Below, one piece after another: positions 29,955 through 39,385 of a DNA stretch of 64,000 nt. The notes under the pieces are model-generated. The model was not told where the DNA came from. It worked only from the letters and a program-made list of their open reading frames with translations, and made no database searches. Location: contig JAPLED010000065.1 of the NCBI GenBank assembly GCA_026391475.1, positions 38,702-102,701 on the forward strand, given 5' to 3'. This DNA is from Bacteroidia bacterium (GTDB taxonomy: Bacteria > Bacteroidota > Bacteroidia > Bacteroidales > VadinHA17). The translations under genes and the position numbers were made by a program. Positions within the stretch are counted from its first letter, which is position 1; every line of letters starts with the position of its first letter.

Positions 29955-31211
29955 TCACCCTCTAACCACCTGGTGTTTCGCAATATATTCTGGATCAATA
30001 TCAATCCCTGAACCTGCTCCTGATGGTACTGTTACCACTCCGTCATCACTCGATAGGGTAGATGTTTTGCATTCAAAAGGGAGTTCGTTGTTGAAGCCTT
30101 TAAACTCATGATAGGGGCCGGCATTAGGTATCGCCGAGACGAAATGCATCATATAAAGGTACCCTAATCCGGATCCTGAAATATGAGGTGTGCATTGCTT
30201 GCCGAAAGAATTTGCCATTCTTGCAACTTTCATCGACCTGATCATTCCTCCGAAATAGAACATGTCGGGCTGAACAATCTGAAGTGCATCGCTGCCAATA
30301 AGCCAGCGGAACATGTGAATGCTTGGTTCCTGCTCCCCACCTGCTATAGGTATCGATAAAGCATCAGCTACATCTTTTGTCTCTTCATACCAATCGAATG
30401 GAACGGGTTCTTCATAAAAGTCTATTTTATATTCTTCCATTATCCTGCCTATTCTTATCGCTTCATCTGCTGTATATGAACCGTTAGAATCAGCATAAAT
30501 AACCATTTTATCTCCGAAAGTTTTTCTTACAAGAGGGATAAGTTTTTCTGTTCTTCCTTTTGGCTCCTCAAAATTATTGCTCATCCTTCCGCCTGCTTTA
30601 AACTTCAACGCTTTAGCTTTGGATTCCCCAACCTCCTTCTTAAGATGTTCTATTGTCAACTCAGGACTGATACCACGTTCTCCATTAGCCTGATAAACAG
30701 CAATCCGGGGATTATGAATTTCTCCGATAAGTTGTCCTATCGATTTATTTACTATATGGCCAAGCATATCGAGTATTGCAAATTCGATAGTTGCTAAAGG
30801 AACCCACAAAGCCAGATTCTGCATCTTATAATTGCTCTGGTAAACATAAACCTCTTCAAAGAGAGCTTCAAGATCACGGGCATCTTTACCAATGAAGAAT
30901 GGTTGAAGACGGTTAACAAAAACAGGGTAGAGCGACTTCATCTGGTCGTTATTGGCAACAGATATACCGACAGCGCCATCTTTGGATCTGACTCTGCAGA
31001 GAAAATTGTTATTAAACTTTAAAAGTTCGAGAGTTTCTATAATTATGGGTGATTGAAACTGTTCTTTCTTCAGAACAGGCCTTCTGATAATTTCATCCAG
31101 CGTTTTATATTTCTCATTTATTTTAGCTGATTGAAAGGAAAGACCAGGCAGGGCGACAGCCACACTTCCTGCAAGAGTTGTTTCAATGAACTGACGTCTT
31201 GTATGTTTCAT
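29955..31211 (-). CDS. Enolase-superfamily enzyme (mandelate racemase subgroup, acid-sugar-dehydratase-like) with a twin-arginine signal
   Basis: 418 aa. The N-terminus MKHTRRQFIETTLAGSVAVALPG is a TAT motif (RRxFI). KFKAGG (KxK), the metal-ligand-like blocks YADSNG, YEEP and AGGEQ, and VQPD plus TPHI (an Asp-His dyad) fit the MR subgroup. Confidence 0.78.
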   Translation of the reverse strand: MKHTRRQFIETTLAGSVAVALPGLSFQSAKINEKYKTLDEIIRRPVLKKEQFQSPIIIETLELLKFNNNFLCRVRSKDGAVGISVANNDQMKSLYPVFVNRLQPFFIGKDARDLEALFEEVYVYQSNYKMQNLALWVPLATIEFAILDMLGHIVNKSIGQLIGEIHNPRIAVYQANGERGISPELTIEHLKKEVGESKAKALKFKAGGRMSNNFEEPKGRTEKLIPLVRKTFGDKMVIYADSNGSYTADEAIRIGRIMEEYKIDFYEEPVPFDWYEETKDVADALSIPIAGGEQEPSIHMFRWLIGSDALQIVQPDMFYFGGMIRSMKVARMANSFGKQCTPHISGSGLGYLYMMHFVSAIPNAGPYHEFKGFNNELPFECKTSTLSSDDGVVTVPSGAGSGIDIDPEYIAKHQVVRG

Positions 31212-31251
31212 GATTACATGAGTTTTTTAGCAATAACATATTTTATAAAAC

Positions 31252-32340
31252 CTACTTCTCCCATTTCGCTTTCCATGCAGGATATTTATCAAAAACCTCT
31301 TGTGGTGCAGTTGTGTACCAACTATAGCCATTACGTCTTTCATATCCAATCTCTTCCAGTGCCTTCTTCTTGATCCCGTCACGATCGCAAACGTAGGGCA
31401 ATTCAGTTTCCAGATCATAAAACCTTGCCCACATGTCTCCGGCTTTTGGATCGGAAATTATCCTTCTGTCTTTCAATCCATCCTTGTTTGTGAAACTCTC
31501 CCACCTTGTATTTTTTATTCTGTGCGAATCGAGCCATTCAATTGCCCCGTGAACCGATTTAATTATTACAGGAGAAGGATCAGGAATTTCCATCAGCAGA
31601 TTTATTATCCCAACCGATTCGGCTCCACTGAACGATGGCAATTCATATGAACGGGCTTTGGCAGGCAGGAATGTGTTTTCATCATGCTGGGCACACCAGA
31701 CTGTCGGTTTACTCTTAACTATTATCTGTGTCTTAAGTATGCAATCAATTCCCTTACCGAATGCAGTTTTTGTTTTTGCAACGACATCATCGGTGGCCAC
31801 AAATGAGTATAATGGATTTTTATTGAAAATATCTTTAAGCATTTCCATTATATTAACAACACAATTATCATTGTATGTAATATGAGTATAGTATCCTTGG
31901 CGAAGAGGGTAGAACATAGGCCATCCGCCATTATCATATTGTGCTTCAAGGATATAATCAAGGCCTTTCTTAAATACCTGACTGTATTTTTCAACTTTGG
32001 TATTGTTATACATCCTGGCCAGGAACTTCATTTCGGTAGTAGTTGCATCATTATCCAGAATGGCATCAAGGGTGTCTTTTTTTCTCAGCAGATTAGTTTT
32101 TTCTGCGTCTGTTAACGGCTTATGCATGGGAAAGTTTTTTGGCCAGCCTCCTGAGCTCCTCTGGTAAAGAAGAACATTTTCTGCCACTGCTTTAGATTCT
32201 TCCGAACCATACCATGAATCTGGCATCTGTGTGGCTACATATTTCCACGAACGCTGACTGATAGAAGTTTGTGCATTGACAATGTGTGCCCCAAATGAAA
32301 GCGCAAGAATGGCTAAAATAGTTTTTAAAAATTTTCTCAT
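31252..32340 (-). CDS. Pectate lyase, PelA/Pel-15E family (PL10-like), secreted
   Basis: 362 aa with a signal peptide. AENVLLYQRSSGGWPKNF and YDNGGWPMFYP are blocks I recognise from the PL10 (alpha/alpha)3-barrel pectate lyases. Confidence 0.68.
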   Translation of the reverse strand: MRKFLKTILAILALSFGAHIVNAQTSISQRSWKYVATQMPDSWYGSEESKAVAENVLLYQRSSGGWPKNFPMHKPLTDAEKTNLLRKKDTLDAILDNDATTTEMKFLARMYNNTKVEKYSQVFKKGLDYILEAQYDNGGWPMFYPLRQGYYTHITYNDNCVVNIMEMLKDIFNKNPLYSFVATDDVVAKTKTAFGKGIDCILKTQIIVKSKPTVWCAQHDENTFLPAKARSYELPSFSGAESVGIINLLMEIPDPSPVIIKSVHGAIEWLDSHRIKNTRWESFTNKDGLKDRRIISDPKAGDMWARFYDLETELPYVCDRDGIKKKALEEIGYERRNGYSWYTTAPQEVFDKYPAWKAKWEK

Positions 32341-32391
32341 AGGATCTTGATAAAAGTTAAAGTATTTTTTAATAGTCTGAAAAATAATTTT

Positions 32392-33384
32392 TTACCGGAT
32401 AAACTTCGGAGCAGGTGCGCCTGATGAAGGAACCGGTAATCCATCAATGGTCTTTGGCTCCATTATTTCGACACGCGTTCCATCTCCGTCATAATAATTA
32501 ATCTGCCTTTTCCTGTTAATACCTGTTTTCATTTCGGTTGGAATCCTGGAACCTTCGGGGAGTTTCCGGCTTTGTAATATTTTACCGGAGGTTGCTACGT
32601 CATCGACTACAAGACAAATATGATTCATGGTACCCTTACGATCTGTTGATGGCTCTTTTTCAAACAACATGAACTCGATATAGTCATCTCCTTCAGGGAC
32701 TTTCATATTTACCCAGCTTAGCATTGTCCCGTTGGAACTCCCGCGCCAGATCTCTTTAAATCCGAGAATATCGCGATAGAATTTCATAGCAGAATCGATA
32801 TTTGCAACCATTATACCAACATGGCTCATGTGGTCAGAGATTCGGGTATCGGGCATATCTTTTCCAAAATTCTGCATGGTCCAGCCATTGGGTGTATATT
32901 GAACAATCTCACATATTATGCCATTCGGGTCAGTAACAAAATAGTTTAAATTACCGGTTCGTCCTGCCGGAGTTTTTTCAGGTACTTTAATACCTTTTGA
33001 TGCCATGTATTGACGCATTCCTTCAGCATCATCCGTCTCAATGGCAAAATGATAAAGCCGGTCGCTGCCTGAAGCTCTTTCAGGGAAAATTTCAATTACC
33101 TGGCGATCGTTTATCTTGATATATGTCAGAGTCAGTTCATCGCTGTTATTCTTTTTCAGGGAATATGGTTCAGCATAACCAAGAAGGTCTTTGTAGAAAG
33201 CACGTGCCTGATCAATATTTTTTACAAAAAATGCAGCATGAGCCACACCTGTAATTTTTGGGCGTTTTACATTCCTGGTCATCTGTGAGTGAAGTGGTAA
33301 TAGCCCTGCAACCAGTACCAGAACAGTTATTAAAAAACATCTTTTCAAATGATGATTATTTTTCCTTGTAACTGAAATCTTCAT
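32392..33384 (-). CDS. Two-domain VOC (glyoxalase/bleomycin-resistance/dioxygenase) family protein with signal peptide
   Basis: 330 aa. It has two repeats of the VOC beta-alpha-beta-beta-beta start pattern (ITGVAHAAFFVKNIDQARAFYKDLLGY and MSHVGIMVANIDSAMKFYRDILGF) and a hydrophobic N-terminal signal ending LPLHSQ. Confidence 0.75.
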   Translation of the reverse strand: MKISVTRKNNHHLKRCFLITVLVLVAGLLPLHSQMTRNVKRPKITGVAHAAFFVKNIDQARAFYKDLLGYAEPYSLKKNNSDELTLTYIKINDRQVIEIFPERASGSDRLYHFAIETDDAEGMRQYMASKGIKVPEKTPAGRTGNLNYFVTDPNGIICEIVQYTPNGWTMQNFGKDMPDTRISDHMSHVGIMVANIDSAMKFYRDILGFKEIWRGSSNGTMLSWVNMKVPEGDDYIEFMLFEKEPSTDRKGTMNHICLVVDDVATSGKILQSRKLPEGSRIPTEMKTGINRKRQINYYDGDGTRVEIMEPKTIDGLPVPSSGAPAPKFIR

Positions 33385-33655
33385 ATTCTTATTTCCTCCG
33401 GTTCGAAATATATAAAAATTTGTCCGGGTATCGGCATTTCCTATTAATATTCTGCTTAAAGGAGATCATGGATTTTACCTGGTAGAAATACCTGTTAAAA
33501 AATGCTACGCTGAAAGTATAGGAGCCATTATTTTGGAAGAAATGAAATAATTTCTACATTTACCTCAATTGTTTTTCGATTTGAAATTATTAGAAATTAA
33601 GTACTTAGAATTCAGGAACTCCAAACTCTATACTTATTAATTAAATCCTTATCAA

Positions 33656-34534
33656 ATGAAAAAAAGAAGTTTTATTACGATTGTTCTGTTAATGGCTGTT
33701 ACCGGCATGATCTTTTCAACTTTCTATTCATGTATGCCGGTAAAGAAAAACATAGGATTGCAGTTGTACTCTCTACGCGATTCTATTACAAAAAATGTGC
33801 CTGGAGCTATTGCTAAAGTGAGTAAAATGGGTTATAAATTTGTTGAGCCGGCAAGTTATGCCAACGGAAAGTTTTACGGTTTAGATCCTGTAGCTTTTAA
33901 AGATCTTTGTAAGGCTAATAAAATGACTGTATTGAGCTCACATACCGGCAGAAATGCACCAGATGCAACAAATAAGGCAGAAACTATGGCCTGGTGGGAT
34001 GCTTGTATTGATGCCCATGTTGCTGCCGGTGCAAAATATATTGTACAGCCATCAATGGGACAGACTGCATATAAAAGTATTGAAGGACTGAAAGCATATT
34101 GCGATTATTTTAATGAAGTAGGTGCAAAATGTAATGCAAAAGGTATCCGTTTTGGTTATCATAATCATGATAAGGAATTCTCTACCAAGCTGGAAGGACA
34201 AACAATCTACGACTACATGCTCGCGAATACCGATCCGAAAAAAGTCATGTTCGAGATGGATCTTTACTGGGCTGTTGTCGGAGGAGCAAATCCTGTCGAT
34301 TATTTCAATAAATATCCCGGACGTTTTGAACTATGGCACATAAAAGATAAAGAAGAGATTGGCGCAAGCGGAATGATGGATTTTGCTGCCATCTGGAAAG
34401 GTGTTGCTAAATCCGGAATGAAGTATGGCGTCGTAGAGGTGGAAAGGTACAACTTCGACGAGTTTACAAGCTGCCAGAAGAGCATTGATTTCCTGAATGC
34501 TGCTGACTATGTTGTAATGCCTAAAAAGAAATAG
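33656..34534 (+). CDS. Xylose-isomerase-like TIM-barrel protein (sugar phosphate isomerase/epimerase family), lipoprotein-type signal
   Basis: 292 aa. The N-terminus MKKRSFITIVLLMAVTGMIFSTFYSC ends in a Cys. The GYKFVE, FGYHNHDKEF, EMDLYW and WHIKD blocks are typical of this fold. Confidence 0.78.
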   Translation: MKKRSFITIVLLMAVTGMIFSTFYSCMPVKKNIGLQLYSLRDSITKNVPGAIAKVSKMGYKFVEPASYANGKFYGLDPVAFKDLCKANKMTVLSSHTGRNAPDATNKAETMAWWDACIDAHVAAGAKYIVQPSMGQTAYKSIEGLKAYCDYFNEVGAKCNAKGIRFGYHNHDKEFSTKLEGQTIYDYMLANTDPKKVMFEMDLYWAVVGGANPVDYFNKYPGRFELWHIKDKEEIGASGMMDFAAIWKGVAKSGMKYGVVEVERYNFDEFTSCQKSIDFLNAADYVVMPKKK

Positions 34535-34560
34535 CTGATTATTAATTAGTTTTCTTATTT

Positions 34561-34608
34561 AAGGGAAGATCATAGAAATAGTTTTTTATGTGATCTTCCC
34601 TTTTTTTT
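34561..34608 (+). terminator. Rho-independent terminator
   Basis: AAGGGAAGATCA and TGATCTTCCCTT form the stem around a 21-nt loop, followed by a TTTTTTT tract, 27 nt after the stop codon. Confidence 0.72.
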
Positions 34609-34642
34609 CTTATATTTATTTCTTACCAATCAATCAAAAAAG

Positions 34643-35728
34643 ATGAAGATCAGGATTACTTTTTTCATTTTTATGACATTGTCATTTGCAGGATGTCAGA
34701 ACAATTATTTTACAGCAGAAGATTATCAGTCAGTTCTGAAAATCGATTCTCATGTTCACCTGAACAGCGATAAGGGCTACTTTGAAGATCAGGCCATGAA
34801 AGATAATTTTATGCTGATCACTCTGGGAGTCGATCATTCAGATTCTGCTTCGGTAAAACAGCAACTTGATTATGCACTTTTATCAACAAAAAAGTATCCC
34901 GGAAAGGTTTTCTACGGGGCAACCTTTTATTTTGATACGGCAGGATGGGGAACAGATAATTGGAGTAAAAAAGTGATCTCTCACCTGAATACCAATATTT
35001 CGGGAGGGGCAATTTCTGTCAAGATCTGGAAAAACATCGGAATGACTGTTACCGACAGAAACGGTAAGTTTATTATGGTTGATGACCCTGCGATTAAACC
35101 TGTGATAGATTTCATAATCAGTAAGAATCTACCTATCACAGGCCACCTTGGTGAACCGCGTAACTGCTGGCTTCCTCTGAACGAAATGACGGTAAGCAGC
35201 GACAGTAGTTATTTTGCCCGTAACCCGCAGTACCATATGTTCCTCCATCCGGAATATCCTTCTTATGAAGATCAGATAAATGCACGGGATCACCTTCTTG
35301 AGATGCATCCAGACCTGAAATTTATCGGGTGCCACCTTGGCAGTCTCGAATGGAACGTAGACGAACTCGCCAAAAGGCTCGATAAGTTCCCGAATTTGGC
35401 GGTTGACATGTCTGCCCGCATCTGCCATCTTCAATACCAGTCAGCCAAAGACCGCGAAAGAGTTCGTAATTTTTGCATAAAGTATCAGGACAGGCTGTTG
35501 TACGGTACCGACCTTGCAGATAGTGGGACCAATAACGGTGAAGGGCTTGCAAAACGGATACATGAAACCTGGCTTGATGACTGGAAATATTTCACTTCAA
35601 AAGATGAGATGACTTCAGATTTGTTCAAAGGGAAATTTGTAGGGCTTCAGCTTCCAAAAGAGGTGGTCAAAAAAATATTTAGTGAAAATGCGATCAAATG
35701 GTATAAGCTGAATAAATTGGCTCAATAA
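34643..35728 (+). CDS. Amidohydrolase-superfamily (amidohydrolase_2-like) metal hydrolase, lipoprotein
   Basis: 361 aa. Lipobox LSFAGC. IDSHVHL (HxH), GHLGEP, GCHLGS and YGTDL (strand-8 Asp) match the TIM-barrel amidohydrolase metal-ligand pattern. Confidence 0.68.
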   Translation: MKIRITFFIFMTLSFAGCQNNYFTAEDYQSVLKIDSHVHLNSDKGYFEDQAMKDNFMLITLGVDHSDSASVKQQLDYALLSTKKYPGKVFYGATFYFDTAGWGTDNWSKKVISHLNTNISGGAISVKIWKNIGMTVTDRNGKFIMVDDPAIKPVIDFIISKNLPITGHLGEPRNCWLPLNEMTVSSDSSYFARNPQYHMFLHPEYPSYEDQINARDHLLEMHPDLKFIGCHLGSLEWNVDELAKRLDKFPNLAVDMSARICHLQYQSAKDRERVRNFCIKYQDRLLYGTDLADSGTNNGEGLAKRIHETWLDDWKYFTSKDEMTSDLFKGKFVGLQLPKEVVKKIFSENAIKWYKLNKLAQ

Positions 35729-35839
35729 AAAGTTTCTTTTCAAAAAATATTTGCTTATATTTACACGTGAAAGTACACGAGTAAGTAATTGTAATGATTA
35801 AATTAAAATACAGATAACTAATCACTTATCCTAATCACG

Positions 35840-37303
35840 ATGAAGACAAGACCACATCACTTAAATCAGAATTTCACTCAGCCCTTCCTCAATTATTTTT
35901 TGAGGACGATTCTGATATTTTGTATTGCTGTACCACTACTGTTTTTGACCCGGTGCAAAACAGATATAACTGCCATTTATGAAACCGGAGTACCGGCATT
36001 TCATAGATGGGCGCCAACTCCGCCAATGGGATGGAACAGCTGGGATTGTTACGGTCCTACAGTTGTTGAAAATGAAGTTAAGGCAAATGCCGATTATATG
36101 GCAAAAAATCTTAAGAAATTTGGTTGGGAATATGTTGTTATAGATATACGCTGGTATATCGAAAACGATAAAGCCGGTGGTTATAACGAAGATAATCCGA
36201 TATACATCCTTGATGAATATGGCCGTTTAACTCCGGCTCTGAACCGCTTCCCTTCAGCGGCAAATGGTAAAGGATTTAAACCAATTGCTGATTATATCCA
36301 TAGTAAGGGCCTCAAATTCGGAATCCATATAATGCGGGGTATCCCTGTTATTGCTGTAAAGAAGAATACACCTATTCTAGGCAGCAGCGCTAAGGCCCAG
36401 GACATCTATACAACTGAGGGACAGTGCATGTGGCTCAGGGATATGTACACAATTGTTGCAGGTAAACCGGGGGCACAGGAGTACTATAATTCCCTGTTTC
36501 AGCTATATGCCTCATGGGGACTTGATTTTGTAAAGGTTGATGATCTTTCAGGACGCACCAAAGAAATTGAAATGGTGAGAAAAGCCATTGATAATTGTGG
36601 AAGGCCGATAGTAATTAGCATTTCTCCTGGCGGAGACAGGCCTGAAACGGCTGATTTTCTGAAGAATAATGTAAATATGTGGCGCACTTCGAATGATTTC
36701 TGGGATAACTGGCCGCAGCTTAAGAATCAGTTTTCAATTCTTCCCCGGTGGGTTTCACTTGGCGTTAAAGGTTGTTACCCTGACGGTGATATGCTTCCTC
36801 TTGGTAAAATAGGATTAAGGGCCGAACGCGGACAGTCACGTATGAGCGGATTCACGAAAGATGAACAATATACTTTAATGTCACTTTTTGCCATTTTCCG
36901 TTCACCATTAATGTTTGGCGGTGATCTGCCAGGCAACGATGAGTTTACACTATCATTGATCACAAACAAGGATGTTCTGGAAGTTAACCAGCACAGTATA
37001 AATGGTAAGCAACTTTTCAGGGAAAATGATATGATTGCATGGACATCTGACGATCCGAAAACAGGCGATAAATATCTGGCCCTTTTTAATGCCTCCGATC
37101 AACTACCGATTTTAAAAGGTCAGGATACACTTGGTATTGCGGTACCTGATGCAACTCCAATAACTGTTAAATTTGAACAGCTCGGCTTAACAGGAACTCA
37201 TACTGTTAAAGATTTATGGAGCAGGGAAAAACTTGGAAAATTTACAAATGAATTCACCCGGACCATTAACCGTCATGGTGCCGGACTTTATAGAATACAT
37301 TAA
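35840..37303 (+). CDS. GH27-like alpha-galactosidase family glycosidase
   Basis: 487 aa. PPMGWNSWDCYG and GLDFVKVDD correspond to the GH27 melibiase-fold N-terminal and nucleophile regions. Confidence 0.78.
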   Translation: MKTRPHHLNQNFTQPFLNYFLRTILIFCIAVPLLFLTRCKTDITAIYETGVPAFHRWAPTPPMGWNSWDCYGPTVVENEVKANADYMAKNLKKFGWEYVVIDIRWYIENDKAGGYNEDNPIYILDEYGRLTPALNRFPSAANGKGFKPIADYIHSKGLKFGIHIMRGIPVIAVKKNTPILGSSAKAQDIYTTEGQCMWLRDMYTIVAGKPGAQEYYNSLFQLYASWGLDFVKVDDLSGRTKEIEMVRKAIDNCGRPIVISISPGGDRPETADFLKNNVNMWRTSNDFWDNWPQLKNQFSILPRWVSLGVKGCYPDGDMLPLGKIGLRAERGQSRMSGFTKDEQYTLMSLFAIFRSPLMFGGDLPGNDEFTLSLITNKDVLEVNQHSINGKQLFRENDMIAWTSDDPKTGDKYLALFNASDQLPILKGQDTLGIAVPDATPITVKFEQLGLTGTHTVKDLWSREKLGKFTNEFTRTINRHGAGLYRIH

Positions 37304-37325
37304 AAACGAATTAAAACCTTTCACA

Positions 37326-38285
37326 ATGAAACGATTGAAAATCTTAATTCTTTTTGTGGCATTTATTGCATTCACTGTTTCTTCATCTTCCCAGATTCCT
37401 CAGCTTAAAAACAATGGAAAGACAACTCAGCTGATTGTGCATGGAAAACCTTTCTTAATGTTAGCTGGTGAGGCAAACAATTCATCCGGATCGAATATTG
37501 CACACATGGAAAAAACCACGAAAGATTTGAGAGAATCCAATCTGAATTCGTTGCTGGTTTCTGTTTCCTGGGAAATTGTTGAACCACAGGAAGGCATTTT
37601 TGATTTTAGCTCTGTGGATGAGCTAATCAGGGTTGCCAGAGAGAACGATATGAAATTATGCCTCTTGTGGTTTGCTTCATGGAAAAATGGTTCGAAAACA
37701 AAGGGAACCTGGAGTGAGGTGTTTGGGCAGGGAGATGATGCGGATCTGTTCTTCATGGCATGGCAATACTCACGTTACGTTAACACTATTGCAGAAGCAG
37801 GGAAGAAAGCGTATAACCTCCCCATGTTTGTTAACTGCTGGATGCCTCAGCCACGACCAAAGCCCGGCAAACCGGGAAATTACCCGAGTGGTGGCCCTAT
37901 CGTTTCTGTTCTGGATGTATGGAAAGCAGGAGCCCCTTCGGTTGACATTCTGGCACCCGATATTTATGGCGCTGATTTCAAGGATCAGGTCAATAACTTT
38001 CACAGGGCCGATAATCCCTTGTTTATACCGGAAACCAGCACAACAGAAGGACCGGCAAGCTGGGCATTTGCAGAACACGATGCTATCTGTTTTTCACCAT
38101 TCGGAATTGATAACAGAGGAAGCGTCATGGCAAGAGAGTATGCGCTTTTAAACCAATTAATGCCGGTTATTTACGGAGTGATAATCCCTCTTATGGCATC
38201 AGGGCATACCGTTCGAACCCATCAGAACCTGCAATATTTCATTTTAAAGTGTTGGTTTATGACAGATAGTTTCATCAGTATTTAA
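37326..38285 (+). pseudogene. Degenerate GH35-like (DUF5597-type beta-galactosidase-like) remnant: apparent in-frame internal deletion and C-terminal truncation
   Basis: Start at MKRLKILILFVAF. The N-terminal part (GKPFLMLAGEANNSS...VSWEIVEPQEGIFDF...LLWFASWKNG) and the later part (GTWSEVFGQGDDADLFFMAWQY...NYPSGGP...LFIPE) are family-like. No NE-type acid/base block lies between them, and the ORF stops after ~319 aa with a non-family-like tail. Confidence 0.5.
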
Positions 38286-38322
38286 CCAGAAACAGAAATC
38301 TGCAGAACTGACATATATTGTT

Positions 38323-38330
38323 TAGTTTTG
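38323..38330 (+). promoter_or_regulatory. Candidate -7 box TAGTTTTG upstream of the LacI regulator
   Basis: The sequence fits TAnnTTTG and lies 25 nt upstream of the ATG at 38355. It shares the extended string TTTTGCAGG with the box at 39386-39393. Confidence 0.4.
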
Positions 38331-38354
38331 CAGGTATCTTTAATCATAATTATT

Positions 38355-39377
38355 ATGATCAACATCAGGCAATCTGATATTGCAAAAGAGTTAAATATAT
38401 CGCGTGTTACCGTTTCTAAAGCCTTAAGAAACCATCCTGACATTTCTATAGAGATGAAAAAGAAGGTGAATGAAGCAGTAAAGAGAATGGGATATGTTCC
38501 AAACCTGATTGCAAAACAGCTTAACTCAAGGAAGACTTTTACCATAGGAATAGTGGTCCCTGATCTTGAGAACAACTTCTTTTCTTATGTCGTTGACAGC
38601 ATGATCGACTATGCAACCGAAAAAGATTATCGTGTAATTCTGACTGTCTCACGCGAAAAAGAAAGTGTCGAGAAACGTAATATTGAAAACCTGATAGGTA
38701 TGAGAGTAGATGGATTACTTGTATGTAACTCACAGGAAACTAAAGATACATTGATATACTCTCAAATAAAAAGGATGAAGATCCCCTTGGTTTTTTTCGA
38801 TAGGGTGGTTGCCGATGCCGGTTTTTCAAGTGTGGTTTTTGACGATAGAGCGGGTGCTATATCATCTCTTGATAAGGTAATCGGGGCAGGTTTTACCATG
38901 ATTGCTCATTTTGCCGGGTTTTCAGGGATTAACATTGGTAAAGAGAGGTGTGAAGGGTATCGTGCATCACTTGAAAAACATGGAATTCCTGTGAGAAAAG
39001 ATTGGATCATTGAGGGCGGTTATGAGCTAAAAGATGGCCAGAGTTCCTTTATGAAACTTTTAGCTCAGGGTGACATGCCGGAGGTAATTTTTACAGTTAA
39101 CGACAGGGTTGCTCTGGGTGCTTATAAAGCTGCAAAGGAAGCCGGTCTCAGGATCCCCGAAGATATAGGGATATTTGGTTATGGGTTCAGTGAAATTACC
39201 GACTTCTTTGATCCTCAACTGACTGTAATTAATCAGGATCCCAGGAAAATGGGACTGGAGGCTATCAGACTCCTACTAAATGAGATTGAGAAAAAAACTA
39301 AAACCGGCCAGAATAAAATCTACATCGAAGAAGAATTCCTTTGGAGAAAATCTGTTAAGCGTAAAGTGAAAAAGTAA
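38355..39377 (+). CDS. LacI-family transcriptional regulator
   Basis: I take the start at MINIRQSDIAKELNISRVTVSKALR (the HTH). The track ORF starts at a TTG inside the putative -7 box. The C-terminal part is a periplasmic-binding-protein-like sugar-binding domain. Confidence 0.88.
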   Translation: MINIRQSDIAKELNISRVTVSKALRNHPDISIEMKKKVNEAVKRMGYVPNLIAKQLNSRKTFTIGIVVPDLENNFFSYVVDSMIDYATEKDYRVILTVSREKESVEKRNIENLIGMRVDGLLVCNSQETKDTLIYSQIKRMKIPLVFFDRVVADAGFSSVVFDDRAGAISSLDKVIGAGFTMIAHFAGFSGINIGKERCEGYRASLEKHGIPVRKDWIIEGGYELKDGQSSFMKLLAQGDMPEVIFTVNDRVALGAYKAAKEAGLRIPEDIGIFGYGFSEITDFFDPQLTVINQDPRKMGLEAIRLLLNEIEKKTKTGQNKIYIEEEFLWRKSVKRKVKK

Positions 39378-39385
39378 ATATTGCT

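Noticed and set aside
29645-30011. Two overlapping ORFs on opposite strands (29823-30011 plus, 29645-30004 minus) that encode PLSASQRGG-type peptides.
   Set aside because: They are translations of the two arms of the inverted repeat at 29825-29938, which is why both strands give similar peptides, and they overlap the ends of real genes.
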